The notes beneath the pieces are model-generated. The model did not search any database. It was not told the origin of the DNA and saw nothing but the letters and a program-made list of their open reading frames with translations. A stretch of DNA of 64,000 nt from Zygnema circumcarinatum SAG 698-1b (taxonomy: Eukaryota; Plantae; Zygnematophyceae): positions 682,001 through 746,000 of the forward strand of contig CM074805.1 in the NCBI GenBank assembly GCA_037447605.1. The letters are read 5' to 3'. The translations under genes were made by a program, and so were the position numbers. The stretch's first letter is position 1. Each line of letters starts with the position of its first letter. Of the stretch, positions 1 to 11,711 are shown one piece after another.

Positions 1-2
1 AT

Positions 3-191
3 GATCGACTCACAGCAGAAGTGGCTCATCGTCTCAACTTCAACATTAGAAAGCTCATCTCCACACTTCCCCTTGCTGAATGTGGGAAAGTCCTTGAGGA
101 CTATCAAGCCCTAAAGGCCAGAAGCGGGGGGTGGCTGGATCTGACTGCAGCTTATGAAGATTGGTTTGAGAGACTCAGCATTCAGGAATAG
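3..191 (+). CDS. 3' end of an unidentified protein-coding gene running in from the window edge (DRLTAEVAHRLNFNIRKLISTLPLAECGKVLEDYQALKARSGGWLDLTAAYEDWFERLSIQE*)
   Basis: Stop-free frame from position 3 to TAG at 189-191 with globular-protein-like composition. No family recognised. Confidence 0.45.
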   Translation, partial: DRLTAEVAHRLNFNIRKLISTLPLAECGKVLEDYQALKARSGGWLDLTAAYEDWFERLSIQE

Positions 192-202
192 ACTATCCTT
201 CT

Positions 203-775
203 TTAGCCAATTGGTTGAACCCAAGTAGACGTGGCCTGGTCAAGCAGTGCTTTAGAGTACTCCAGCACCTCGTCAGCCCTTTCGTCAAAGTATTTGCTGT
301 ACCTTATTTTTTTGGCTGCCGTTCTTGAGTAGGAAAAAGTTGCGAATAAGGCAAACGTTTTCATTGTAGACACTGACCTGAAACTTCAGAAAACGTTTAA
401 GCCTAAGGCCGATTCATTTTTTTCTTTTCCTTCACAATCAAATTTCCGACTGTCAAGCTTTCTTGTCTTATATTTCGGTATTTCCCATTTGTCTGATTGC
501 ATGCCGATCTTTATTTGGTTGACCTCAATGCCACAAGAATATATATGCAATAGGCGGTTGAGCAATTTGTAACTTGCTCAATTTGTTCAGGTTTGAAAAG
601 ACATAAAGCATAGTTCTGGAATGATACTTTTAGTTTCACTGCTGCTTTTAACTTCGCAGGTGAAGCGTATACTGATTTTGAAATCCGATTGTGATACTTT
701 CCAAGCCAGAAACCCCTTAATGCTCTGATTTGATCTTCCCATGGAAAAGGCTCAGTCGATGCAAAAGTTTTAACT
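203..775 (-). CDS. Two spliced exons (775-524, 377-203) of an unidentified protein; 5' end not resolved
   Basis: Canonical AG acceptors and a GT donor in matching phase give VKTFASTEPFPWEDQIRALRGFW...ALRSVSTMKTF...KYFDERADEVLEYSKALLDQATSTWVQPIG*. No family recognised and no start codon linked. Confidence 0.4.
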
Positions 776-1548
776 CTATCAGGAAAACGGCGGAAAGTGA
801 AGACGCATGAATGCACCTCATGGTGCATGACATTCGTTGTAACCAAGTTCGAAATTTCCACCTTATTACAAAGGAAACACCAAATTATGTTCGAGCACCA
901 TACTTTCCTTCCCGAGACTAAAGCACACACCCAACCAAAGCTAAGGAAGTGCATCTCTCAAAACCAAAGGAAAGAGCATCCAAAGGCTCTTCCTTCCATG
1001 GGCCCACATTTCATAGTACAAAGTTTGAAACACACTCGAGCCGGCACGTCCTTATAAGCAGATGTTACCACAACATCGACCCACCCGCCAGTCTGGAGGG
1101 AGGGAGGAGAGGAAGCTACCGCTAGAGGTCTTCCCAACCCCTCTCTCCCTCGAGTGTTACACAAAAGGGAATTCACTAAGCCAGACCACACCAGCAGGCT
1201 CTCTGATGTTTTGCCATCTACCAAAACTGAGAAAGTGTCTGGAACAAACGAATCAAGACACAACAGAACTGTAGCTGTAACTGAACTGAATTAAACTGAA
1301 CTGGATGCAACTGCCCTGCATCATGACACTAGTACTACACGTATATACAACACACTCTCCTGTCACTCCAAAATCCAAAATGTACACTGGAAATCTATGT
1401 ACACTGGAAATCTATGTAGCAGCTTCTCCATGGGTTCCCCAGGGGGCACTCAGCACGCCCACCGCCATAATTCCCCTCTCCGATGCCTTTTAAGGCGTAC
1501 GTACAAGGCTCTCCTCCGTCTCTAAGCCCAAAACCTGCAGTAGTGTCA

Positions 1549-3100
1549 CTATATAAAACCACTCTGCAAGAGATGCTCCACCACAGGCACTGCAGTGACT
1601 ACGAGGATGGCTGAGCCTGAGAAGAATGCCACAATTGATACCACTGTCTTAACCATTCCTTCCAGTTCATTGCCTCCTGCTTTTTCCCGCAGTACAGTCT
1701 CTCCCTCACCACCATCCCGGCCTTCCGTAATTTCCTCTGCTTGAAGCCCCCCTTCTTCACGCGTATCCTCCTGTGAGCAAACAACATTTTCATTGTTTTC
1801 TTCCACCGGCATTTCCAAGTGACCGCAGAAGTTCTCTCGTCCATCGACTTCACGCACAACCGATTGCTCTGAATCACCTTCTAACCTCTCCGCTGCAGAT
1901 TCGATCGGACTCATTTCCGACTCCAATGGTGGCTCTGATTGTAAGCCATGCGAGCTATCCCTCCTCACATTTTCCGACAAAGGGATGCTTGAGGCGTACA
2001 AGTCCTCTCCCAGAATCTCAATGGACGATGATTTCATCTCCTCATCGATAGCCACCACAGTGTGCCAATCCTCAGCCTCCAAACAATCTGTGCTGAAACA
2101 TTCGATAGAAGACTGGGAAACTCCGCTCGACTCCTCCACATTTTGCAGAATTATTTTCCCAACTTCTTTCACTGTATCCAGCCGCTGCTTCTCCTCCATG
2201 AGCTGCTGCCCATGCCCTTCAGCCCACTGCACACTTCCTTCTCCCCCTCTGTCTAGGGAGGGGGGTGTCTGAACAAGCCCTGAGCCAAACCCTCGGGGAG
2301 GAGGGAACTCTCCCACCTGCACTCCCAAGCCTCCTCCGGGAGCATCTGAAGTAAAGAAGCGCTCTAAATCGGGAGTGGGAGCGAGAGGCATTGCTGCCAC
2401 ATTGAGAGGGAAGCCATGGCTTGCACGGGTTTGGAGTGTCGGATACACCCGCGAGGGCGATACAACTGCTCGGCTTCAGGATGGTAGTCCTGGATATCAC
2501 AGAGGGAGAGAGAGAGATTAAGGGACCTTTAGATAGGATAAGATAGCACAGAACAGCAGATATTCAGACTCTGATGACGACATAACAGCTTCGAAGCTTC
2601 AAACGAATCTTCAGCGCAACCAAAGACATTCATTCATGCTATCTCTGAAGGGTGTATGCCTGTCAATTGACTTGGCTTACCGAAACGCATGGCCACTCAA
2701 CTCATTCTCCAGCTAGGAAAAAAAATGCAACTAGAGATGCAGAAGGACACAGGAAAATGCAGATGCCGCAAGGCAGTCCTCGAAATGGAATAGTGCGAGC
2801 TATCTGCATACCATCATACTCACGCAGATTTAAGTTTGATGTGGAGTAAAAGGGGGTTACCTGGCCAGCATGCATGGCCCGCACAAATCGCACGAACTCG
2901 CTCCAATTTCGCTCTTGCAACAAGTCAGGTCCTAATCGCAAGAAAGTGAACACAGATATGCGCCTCTTTGGAGGGCCGTCCTGACAAATGCCATCAGGAC
3001 GAGCGTTTGCCAATATCTGATCGAAGGCTGCATTGTCATATCGTGGCAATGCGTTCTCACATGCGACTTCCAGACCTTCTTGCCATCCCGCATTCAGAAC
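1549..3100 (-). pseudogene. BAM: Beta-amylase (GH14) 3' fragment, 5'-truncated, with a probable frameshift in the following exon
   Basis: Exon 3100-2861 reads VLNAGWQEGLEVACENALPRYDNAAFDQILANARPDGICQDGPPKRRISVFTFLRLGPDLLQERNWSEFVRFVRAMHAGQ, matching the plant beta-amylase C-terminus (ENALPRYD, TYLRL, MHA). It splices to 2489 (DYHPEAEQ...HSKP), which stops at 2364, while a 299-codon acidic ORF (1549-2448) lies in another frame. No upstream BAM exons were found in the window. Confidence 0.8.
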
Positions 3101-3165
3101 CTGCGAAATTGCCCCACATGTCCGTTAACAGGGTGGAGGTAGAGACGAGCAAAAACCTGCAAAAT

Positions 3166-3252
3166 TGCTGCCCATGCCCTTCAGCCCACTGCACACTTCC
3201 TTCCCCCCCTCTGTCTAGGCAGGGTGTCTGAAAATGCCCTCGGCCAAACCCT
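3166..3252. repeat. About 87-bp diverged direct duplicate of 2204-2293
   Basis: tgctgcccatgcccttcagcccactgcacacttcctt...tctgtctagg...gtgtctgaa...gccaaaccct occurs at both sites in the same orientation. Confidence 0.9.
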
Positions 3253-3329
3253 GCATAGAAAACCTTGCATTGCAGGAAACCTTACATCGTAGAAAACCTT
3301 GCATTGCGTTTGGAGCCTCCTTTGAGAAA

Positions 3330-5910
3330 TCACGGCGCGGCCGTGCGAGGCAACACTCCTTTCATGAGGCAGAGCGCAATGCCATTCCGGAGCCCCTCCA
3401 CATCCGCGGCACTGAAACGAAAGGGCGGGCGAAGCCCTCGGGCAAGCAAATCTGCGTAAGTGCAGAGAAATACTCCGCAAGCTGCTGTATCACCCTGCAA
3501 TGCGAGGGGGGGGAAGGCATAAAGGCAACAGTGTCAAGCTTGGATCACCATTCAAACACTTTTATGCGTGAGGAAGCCAATTTTGCAAAGCATCTTCACA
3601 CACCAAAACCCAGAAATGACAAATATCGTACTTATTCTGATACTGACATCCTAACAGTCTCACAAGCAATACAAGCTTTCCATAGACAGAGGGGCGATGG
3701 GGAGAAGGACGTTAAACCTGCACAGGGAGACCTTCCACCATTTGGTATTTTTTCCATGCTGCCGTCGCAAACTCAATGTTGTTTGCAGCTTTAGCCATGG
3801 CATGCATGTATTTCTCAACCTGGCCAATCGAAACCCAATTGAAGACACATATTACCACACGGACCACACTCATGGGCCAAAAATTCATTAAGCTTCATCA
3901 AAAAGCTTTGGAATCCTCCACAAGCGAGTTATTTTACAAAAGGCTTCAAAAATAAGTACATACCACAGTCAACACATTTTCCACGTCGCTCGCTTTCACA
4001 TATCCCGGCATCGAATCGTAGTATTCGATTACTTTTTCTTTCATGTAAACAACGACCAAGACCCTGTTCAAGCACCACCACACCTTTGAGCACACAGCAA
4101 ACTCTAAAAACACAAAAAACGTCCAAATTATACACCCTACGTTCAATCACTCATAACTTTTGATACAAAAATATATATATGTTGAAAGAAACGCACCAGT
4201 GCTTAGCGGCATGCAAGTTCACTGACAGCAGCACTAGGTCTTGATCGAACAAATTCTGCCAACCATTCCAAACGAAAAGGAAATCAGAAAAGAAAAGGGG
4301 CACCTCGTCCACGTCATATACTTTCGACCATCTCTTTTCAACAACAATCCTGGTTTTTATTTTCCACTAAGAAATACGGTTTCAAGTCAGACAGAAAAAA
4401 TAAATAAATAAATAAAAAATAAAAAATAAATATTTACCACATTCCGTGTCCACCGACGGACGCCCTCAAAGTTAAATCCAGTCATGCATCCCGTCAGTTT
4501 GGTGAAAAGGAAGGTGCTCAAAAACTGTACTATTAACCTGCCATATGAAAAAACCACCTGCTTTTACTCTCACATCCTCACAAACAACTGAACGGCGCAT
4601 TTTGAGTATACTGGCTGCTAGTGACGAGTCACCGCAAAAAACGATTTCAAAAAACGAATCATACTGTTTGCTCCCAAGAGGCATACAACAAGCATGAAGG
4701 TCAAAAAAGAAGTTGCACAAACGCTCACCTTGGCTCAGAAGATGCAAATTCATTCGCACGAGCCTACACGCAAACATCATCAAAAAAACACAACGTTAGA
4801 TTTTAGAAAGCTCAAAACAACATTAGGGCCAGGCAACGTTCATTAAACAAAGTCAGGGTATCCTCAGGTCAAACCCAATGACCTATACCACAATCCCAAC
4901 ACTCTTACCTTCAAAAAGAAATATTTGGGATGGAGAAAGCGAGAGAATGAGAAAAAGAGAGAGAGAGAAAGAGGGAGAGTGGGGAAAGGAGCGGGGGAAG
5001 AAAGGGGTGAGGAAAGGGAAAAAATGGGCTACAATTACCTGTAAAAGACCCAAGAAGCCGTTGATAACCTCATCTCCTAACCAACCGTTTTCCAATAAGT
5101 CGTCCAAATCACCTTTCCTAATTTCTAATTTAGCTCCCTTTCCTCCGAAGATGATATCACCCCTAAAACCGCGCACCGCTACTTTCAAGTACTCGACATT
5201 CCCAAACGCCCGTAATGCCAAGGGTTGCACTAAAATATCCCCTTTATTAATTTGTTTGATGAAGACAACATCGTCATCTTCACGAAAGACAGCCTGCCTG
5301 GACTGCCTGGCACTGAATGGCGGATCTCTAGACTGGCTGGCACGGAATGGTGGCTCAAGCTCATAGCGCCTGGACTGGCTAGCATAGAATGGCGGCTCAG
5401 GCTCATAGCGCCTGGACTGGCTAGCATAGAATGGCGGCTCAGGCTCATAACGCCTGGATTGACTGGCACTGAATGGCGGGGAAACCTGTATTGCCAACAA
5501 GACACAGCAAGCGCCAAATCAGTCAAGTGTATATATACCAACCCTAAAAACTCGTCCATCCGAAAGCAAGCATCGACGCAAAACAAATTTTTGATGCTAG
5601 CAACCCTAGAAATTGAAGGATTGAAAGCTTTGTAAGGTGCAGCAGGTCATACCCGGAGAGGATTGGCAAACTCCCCCGCGAACTCCTCGTGCAACCAATC
5701 CACAACGAAAAAGTAAATCTTTTCGACTTCTCTGGCGCTCGCAGCCAGCCAAGCCAAAGCCAGGCAATTCAGGCCGTATCCAAGAGCTCCCATCAATACC
5801 AGCGCCTGCCATGAGACACTGCAAAAAACGAAGACAAAGTCTTCAAGCAGCGGGCCGGCCGCTACAGCAGCCTTCCACCCGCTGCTTAGCGCCGCTGCGA
5901 GCAGTTGCAT
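3330..5910 (-). CDS. Ulp1/SENP-type C48 cysteine protease, 8 exons, 421 aa
   Basis: Exons 5910-5653, 5485-5039, 4763-4729, 4537-4438, 4255-4197, 4063-3964, 3819-3718 and 3494-3330 all splice GT-AG in phase. Motifs: LLENGWLGDEVINGFL, FLSTFLFTKL...VRRWT, catalytic His (AKHW), Asp (YYDSM), oxyanion Gln and Cys (PVQGDTAACGVF). The start codon is a best guess. Confidence 0.88.
5297..5480. repeat. Coding tandem repeat in Ulp1 exon 2: 42-bp unit encoding SRRYEPEPPFYASQ, plus degenerate 30-bp units
   Basis: Units at 5359-5400 and 5401-5442 are identical; flanking units are degenerate; the frame is preserved. Confidence 0.9.
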
Positions 5911-6402
5911 CGCTTGCAGCCAGAAGGCGCAGAAAGCACCTGCAGCCTTCTGCACGGCAATGGATGAGCAGGAGAGAGAGAGAGTGAGAGAGGGCGAGAG
6001 AGACGAGAGTAGGTGAGGTGAGTGAGAGAGAAATGATGGCCCGGGCCGAGGGGCGAGGCCTTGGGGTGGGCCCCGGGCAGCCCTGAAATGTTTTCGGCTG
6101 CCGTGTGCGCGACGCAAGCGCCCGCGATTGGGCGAGCGTCGTTCGGGCAGCACAAGGTTGGCCGCGAGCTGCCCGGAGCGGAAAGAAAGGTGTAGTCCAA
6201 AACGGTGAGCCGCGCGCCTACCTTTTCCACAAATCTGGATAGGACTGTACGGATGGACAGGTGGCGCCACTGCCGTGGGAGAGTGGTCGCGTTACGGCGC
6301 GCGAGACGTGACATGGCATGACGCGACATGACGTGACGTGATGAGCGCAAGAGGGGCTGTACCTGGTCGTACTCGTTTTGTTGAATCAAACTGCCGTCCG
6401 TG

Positions 6403-6683
6403 CAATGGTTCGCAACCATTGCACAGGTCGGACCATTGCAATGGTTGTGAACCATTGGATCGCGAGCTAGCCAACCATTGCTTGTTGTTTGCAACCATTG
6501 CCGTCGAACCGAAGCAACCATTGCCAATGGTCGCAGCCATTGGATGGCAATGGTTTGCAACCAGTAGGTCGTCCAACCATTGCCATCCAATGGTTGTCAA
6601 ATGGTTGCCTATCCAATGGGTATCCAATGGGTATCCAATGGTTGCGGATCCAACGGTCCGACTTGTTCAGCGCTACGAAGTAG
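6403..6683. repeat. Array of about 19 AACCATTG/CAATGGTT motifs in both orientations, ending in a CTAC-GAA-GTAG mini-hairpin; possible transposon terminus
   Basis: Counted directly, e.g. caatggttcgcaaccattg and gaccattgcaatggtt. The array is certain; its transposon identity is an inference. Confidence 0.8.
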
Positions 6684-7185
6684 AACTTAAAGTTTCACTT
6701 GAAAGGAACTGTTAATTCTGAGTTTCAGACTTCAGAGCTGCCGCATTTGACAGTTTTTTCCTGTCCCTCGGATGGATCTAAAAAGAATATTTTCCATCCT
6801 TTATTATGAAGGAAACAGGCATGGGCAGGAAATCGACAAGCTCTGGAGGAAACACTGAAAAGCGATGATGTATTGTCAGCAGAGAAACAAAAACCAACGT
6901 TGCGAAGTTCCATGATTGAATACGGGTAGACTCCTTACATCTTAAAACATGAATACCTTTACAAAAACTTTTTTTTTCTTTTCCTCAAAATGGAAAAGCA
7001 ATGGGGTCCCTACATCTATAGCTACGGCTACAGCCCACTCTCAGGAAACAGCCCCGCTCCTGATCTACTTACTTCGCTGGTGCTTCCATCAAACCCCAAC
7101 TCTCTATTTGTACACACTCGTCCTCCTCCCTGAAATCAGTTTACAGGATGGGGTTCTTGATTGGTTCCGAAACCCTAAGAGCTGC

Positions 7186-8955
7186 TCAAAGAAGTCCTGC
7201 TGCCCCTTTTGCAATGGCTGCTTTGGCCGAGTCTGACACAGGCTCTGCTCCAAGGTAGACATCCAGCAGCGCCTTAAGGAGGGCGGCAGACTCAATGGTG
7301 GCGACTGACTCTGTAGGAACACTCAGAGTGGTAGCATCTTCAGTGATTCCCACCTGCAAAGGAGAAGAAAAGGGACAAGGAAATGGCTAAGGCATCTCAA
7401 CCTTCTCAGAAAAAGGTGCCTCTGAATAGCTCCAGAGCTTGACAAGAAAAAAGGGTGTCCTTGAGTGTTCAGAATTGCCAACCTGCAAAGTTGAAGGCTG
7501 GCTCAGTGTCAAATAAATGCCAGTGTTTTGCTTCAAATTTCTGATTTTCAAGACATCTCCAAAGGAAGCTAACGCCTGCTCTCCCTCTCCCCCCAATCGC
7601 GGTGCAAGGGATTCTCCAAGAGCGTTGAAGAATGTCTGCCCATCTACATCTCGAGCCAGCACAATCTGGATGCTCTTTTCCACAGGAGCTGCATACAAAC
7701 CAAGAGCCAAAGTTCAGCACACCAGTAACCATCCTGCAGAATGCTCACTCTCGTGCATCGTAGCGCAGGAGACAAATGTAACGTGCCACTACTGACTATC
7801 CTGCAACTATTTCCTTCAATAGTTAATAAATTTCTCGCCCCGCCTTATCTCTGAACACATCATCTTAGAATCCACGGAAGTTTAGTCCATGCAATACTTC
7901 CTACAAGGACTTAGAAACTGGGAGTAGTCCTACAAGTTTTTCGTTGCTAGCTTTACTCTCCACAGAAATCGGGTATAAAGAAAGGACCAATGATTCCCAT
8001 TCACCATTCACGTATGATGTAACACCATAAATCTATGTTCGTGTGTACTTGACTGACAAAACACTGAAACGTGCACGTACCTTCGGCCAAGGCCTTAAAG
8101 AAAGCCTGATCTCCAGACAAGTCCTTCCCCTTAAACTCAGCCAGCAACCCCGCGAATGCTGAATCGATGTAGAATGCGACAGCGTATACTTTCACATTAA
8201 CTACTAAAATCTTCTTCTCCCGAACTCCTGCAAGTTAGAAGCAGCTCCGGAGTGTAAAAACAAAAAAAAACATCAAATGAACCAGGGTTTGGCCCACTGA
8301 AGTTGTAAGTTTACGGAAAAAAAAATTACATTCTATGTCGATAGGCGTGGAGCGAATTCAAGTACCTGCTCCCAAAAGAGTTAATTCTTTAGATCCGCCT
8401 GGCGCAGTTAGGCTTGATGCGAACTTGATATTGGTCGCAGGTTCAGTCACCACTGTTCCGACTGCACATCAGCAAAAGCTTATCCACAGTGCTTGTAAGA
8501 ACTGCATGTCTAAGACAGTCCAAACAAGATCGAAAAAAAAATTATAACTTGCAAGCATAGTCGTTTTATCCTCCTCTTTGTCAGAGGTCTGAACATCAAA
8601 ATTTCAGAATGATATGCCTGTTCAGTAGACAATGCTAAGCTTGTATATAGGAAATCTTGTCCAGTAATGTGAAATGCTGCGAAATTAACCATGCCAGAAA
8701 GTGAAAGTAGTGCTGCTCATTACCGGCAGCCTTAGTAACCAAAGCTGAGGCTCCAGCTTTGCAGAATGCGCTCCTCTCCTGGAACCGCAGTCCCTCCACA
8801 CTCTCAACAAATGCAGAGTGCAACTTCTGCTTGCAGCCCCTTCTCCTGCCCAATCCCTCCACCTGTCGAGCTCTCACGACACCCTTTCCGGCCTCGACAG
8901 CTGAACGCAATGCCGTCAGCTGCACGCTCACTGCCTGCAAGCTTGCCGCAGCCAT
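7186..8955 (-). CDS. FAP3: Plastid fatty-acid-binding protein of the chalcone-isomerase fold (FAP3-like)
   Basis: Transit-peptide-like exon, then EPATNIKFASSLTAPGGSKELTLLGAG, GVREKKILVVNVKVYAVAFY, SIQIVLARDVDGQTFFNAL and VATIESAALLKALLDVYLGAEPVS...GLL*. Confidence 0.9.
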
Positions 8956-10140
8956 GACTCTCCCCCTCTCTCCGTCCTTCTCCCTCCCTCCCCCTCTCTC
9001 TCTCTCCCTCTCTCTTCCACTACCTCCCTCTCTCCACTAATGCAAATTCTCTCTCAATCTCTCTCTCTTCCTCCTAATCCGCCTGTTCCCTGCAACTGCT
9101 TAATAGTGGTTGCTGTGGAGAGGAGGAGAGGGAGGCGGAGAGAGCCATGGCGGAAGGCTGAGAGAGCGGGCTCGAGATATCGAGCTCTCCCATTGGTCGG
9201 GAGCGGGAGACGAGCACAGCGCGCGACACTTGGCGTCGCGCGGGACCAGCCACTTGGCATGGCGGGCAACTCAAGAAGCTTAAAAACCAATGAAATCGTG
9301 CCACGTAAGCTGGTAAGGTTGGAGGCTCAATGAAGAACTTTTGCGGGAGAGAGCGGGCTGCCCGAAAAGGAAGTCTGTCCATGACCATCAACAACGACAT
9401 CGCCATGTGCGTTCACACTGTCACAATTTTAATCTCAGTTTTGGCTTCAGTTTTGAGAGCTTAACACCTTGGGATGGCCATTTTTTCACTCTGAAAGTTC
9501 AGAAAATAAAATATTATCGCAGGTTAACTTTCACACCAAAAATCAAAAAGAAAAATGATAAGAGAGGAGAGCCCAAAGCACAGGTATTGGGGCCTTAATC
9601 TAACGCCTTAAACCTTCCCTTCCCTTCCTTTCAATATGAGTACCACTTACAAGAGGGCAACTGAACCCTAATTCTTTAAAAGGTATGACCAGGGAGGGGC
9701 CCCTCCTCCTACTCGCAGCTGAAACCTGCAAGGGGACCCTCTTTCTGGAGCTCTTCCTAAGGCCAATTGGTGCAACTTTTCTCTATGTATGCAGACCATG
9801 GAGGAAGCTCCCACTACTGTAAACCGTGCACATGTACATACATGGCAGCATATGTGGCATGGCGTATGTGCATATACATACGCCAGACCATCAAATGAAG
9901 TCGCCAGACCATCAAATGAAGTCCAAAGCACTGTCAGGCAGGAGGGCCATAGACAGAGGGGGGCGGGGGGGGAAGGGGCAGTGTTCAAGCTGTACAAGCT
10001 TCAACTTTTGTCATACAATCAAAAGAAAAAATGGAGGAAAGGAAGCTATGGGTCCTCTACTCTCGCGTCTTCTCCCTATAAGCCCGCCCCCAAGAGAGCC
10101 CAGGGGCAATTTTTTCAGCCCATTCAAACTTCAAGGTGAC

Positions 10141-11711
10141 TTATTGAGTCTTCCGGCGGCGAGCTGGCTGCTTGTCGAAGGTGATCCTGAATAGCCAGTA
10201 TACCTGCAGACAAGAAGGCCAACAAGAACGACTTAGTACAAGTTTAAAGGTTTCACAAATTCAAGGGAAGTGTGAGGATGAGGCATTGGCGCCGTCGTCA
10301 CCTTCGGTAAAAAAATGGCAAGGCAGGGGGTGTGAGGGGTGTGACACACCCCGCCCTACTATCAGGCTTCCTTTTTCATCAGATATCACTTACAACTCCA
10401 CACAACTAGTCTGCAACCAGTCCTCCATTGTCACAAAGAATCGCCATCTTTTGGATATGTGAGCATATATGATATGATATATGATATATGTGCACCACCA
10501 GCATCGTCCTATGAATCGATGGACAGACACTGCTATCAAACGTTATGCCAGGAACACTGTTACAGGAAACATCTCTAAATATAGAGGACCTGCCTGCCTT
10601 GAGTCCTGTTCAGTATCATCAGACACGCTCCTGACTAGATGCCAGCTATCACAGGAAAAAATAGGTCGGCCCACTCGAGCGCATTGTTCTATGAAGTTCA
10701 AGCAATTCATTAAGCAAATGTCCTAGAGATAAGCAGTGTCTTCCCACCATGAGGACTTAAAAATAGCTAATGCAATACGGTAAAGTCTAAATTATGTGAA
10801 ACACATTGCCGTCCTTCAGCATTGCCGAAGACAGCAACTCACATCTGTCACCGAAAATCCACCTTCCGAAACACGGGGAGAAGCATCTCGATCAACTGTC
10901 ATCTCGATGTCCCAACTCATCGTCACAATTCTAACAAATAACGGTAATCATGAAACAAAAAGGGGGCGATGGCCATATTGTGTGCATAAATTTCACTTGG
11001 AAAGGTTTAGCGAAATCTTGACGATGCAATCAAGTCATGGCTTGCGTAGAATTGGAGAAAATGTGAGAAGGAAACACCATCCTCTATGCGCCATTCAAAT
11101 CTACAACATTGCCGATACGAACGAAACGAAATGAAAAACTGCTCCTCTTAATCAACTTTTACGAAATGCTAAGCGCCGGCGAAGAGTGTGCCACTCCCCA
11201 ATTACAAGTGTCAAAATCTTGTTCCTAAATTACCCCAGCCATGTGGAACAATAAGAATAAACAAGAGAAAGATTCACTGACTTGACTCAAACGGGGCGCT
11301 TCATATTCTTCGCTGTAAGAAGGACGGGTTTAAGACGCTTTTCCTCCGCAAGAAAAGGTTAAAAACAAACGCTAGAAACGTTGGAATGACAAATGACATA
11401 TACAATTTGCGCTTCGGCACTTTCAAAACCTCATTAATCATGAGGTCCAGGAGATGGATTCAAGAACAAAAAACACCAAATGTATGAATGCAAAACAATA
11501 AGGAAACCCTAATAGTTGCATCTCATTCCTCATCGAGAAACGGCATTCAAGCATAATTCAATTCTGAGCTTCCAGTTCCAGAATCTAATCCAGTCCTTAG
11601 ATTCGCAAAAAGCCTTACCAATGCGAGGAGGTGGCTGACAACGAGAACAATAACAATGGGACTCAGCCATGTCGGGAGCGTAGTTGTATTCGGATCCTCT
11701 ACCTGTCGCAT
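10141..11711 (-). CDS. 51-aa single-pass membrane microprotein, 2 exons (11711-11619, 10203-10141)
   Basis: MRQVEDPNTTTLPTWLSPIVIVLVVSHLLAL|VYWLFRITFDKQPARRRKTQ*, with a gtaagg donor and a ttgtctgcag acceptor in phase 0. Resembles a small plant family I recall ending in H.LAL.YW.YRL..EKQP.RRK (recollection, not searched). Confidence 0.72.

Noticed and set aside
1549-1660. C-terminal transmembrane anchor on the beta-amylase extension (VSIVAFFSGSAILVVTAVPVV)
   Set aside because: This stretch can equally be a 117-nt intron (gttaag...ctgcag) that joins EGM to VLGLETEESL in phase, so the helix is not established.
3283-3292. tacatcgtag as a left TIR matching the tacttcgtag end of the 6.4-6.7 kb array
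   Set aside because: Only 9 of 10 bases match, the match does not extend, and there is no TSD.
5647-6715. Long ORFs at 5647-6270, 5886-6590 and 6338-6715
   Set aside because: Products of GC-rich promoter sequence and the repeat array; only 5910-5653 is used, as Ulp1 exon 1.
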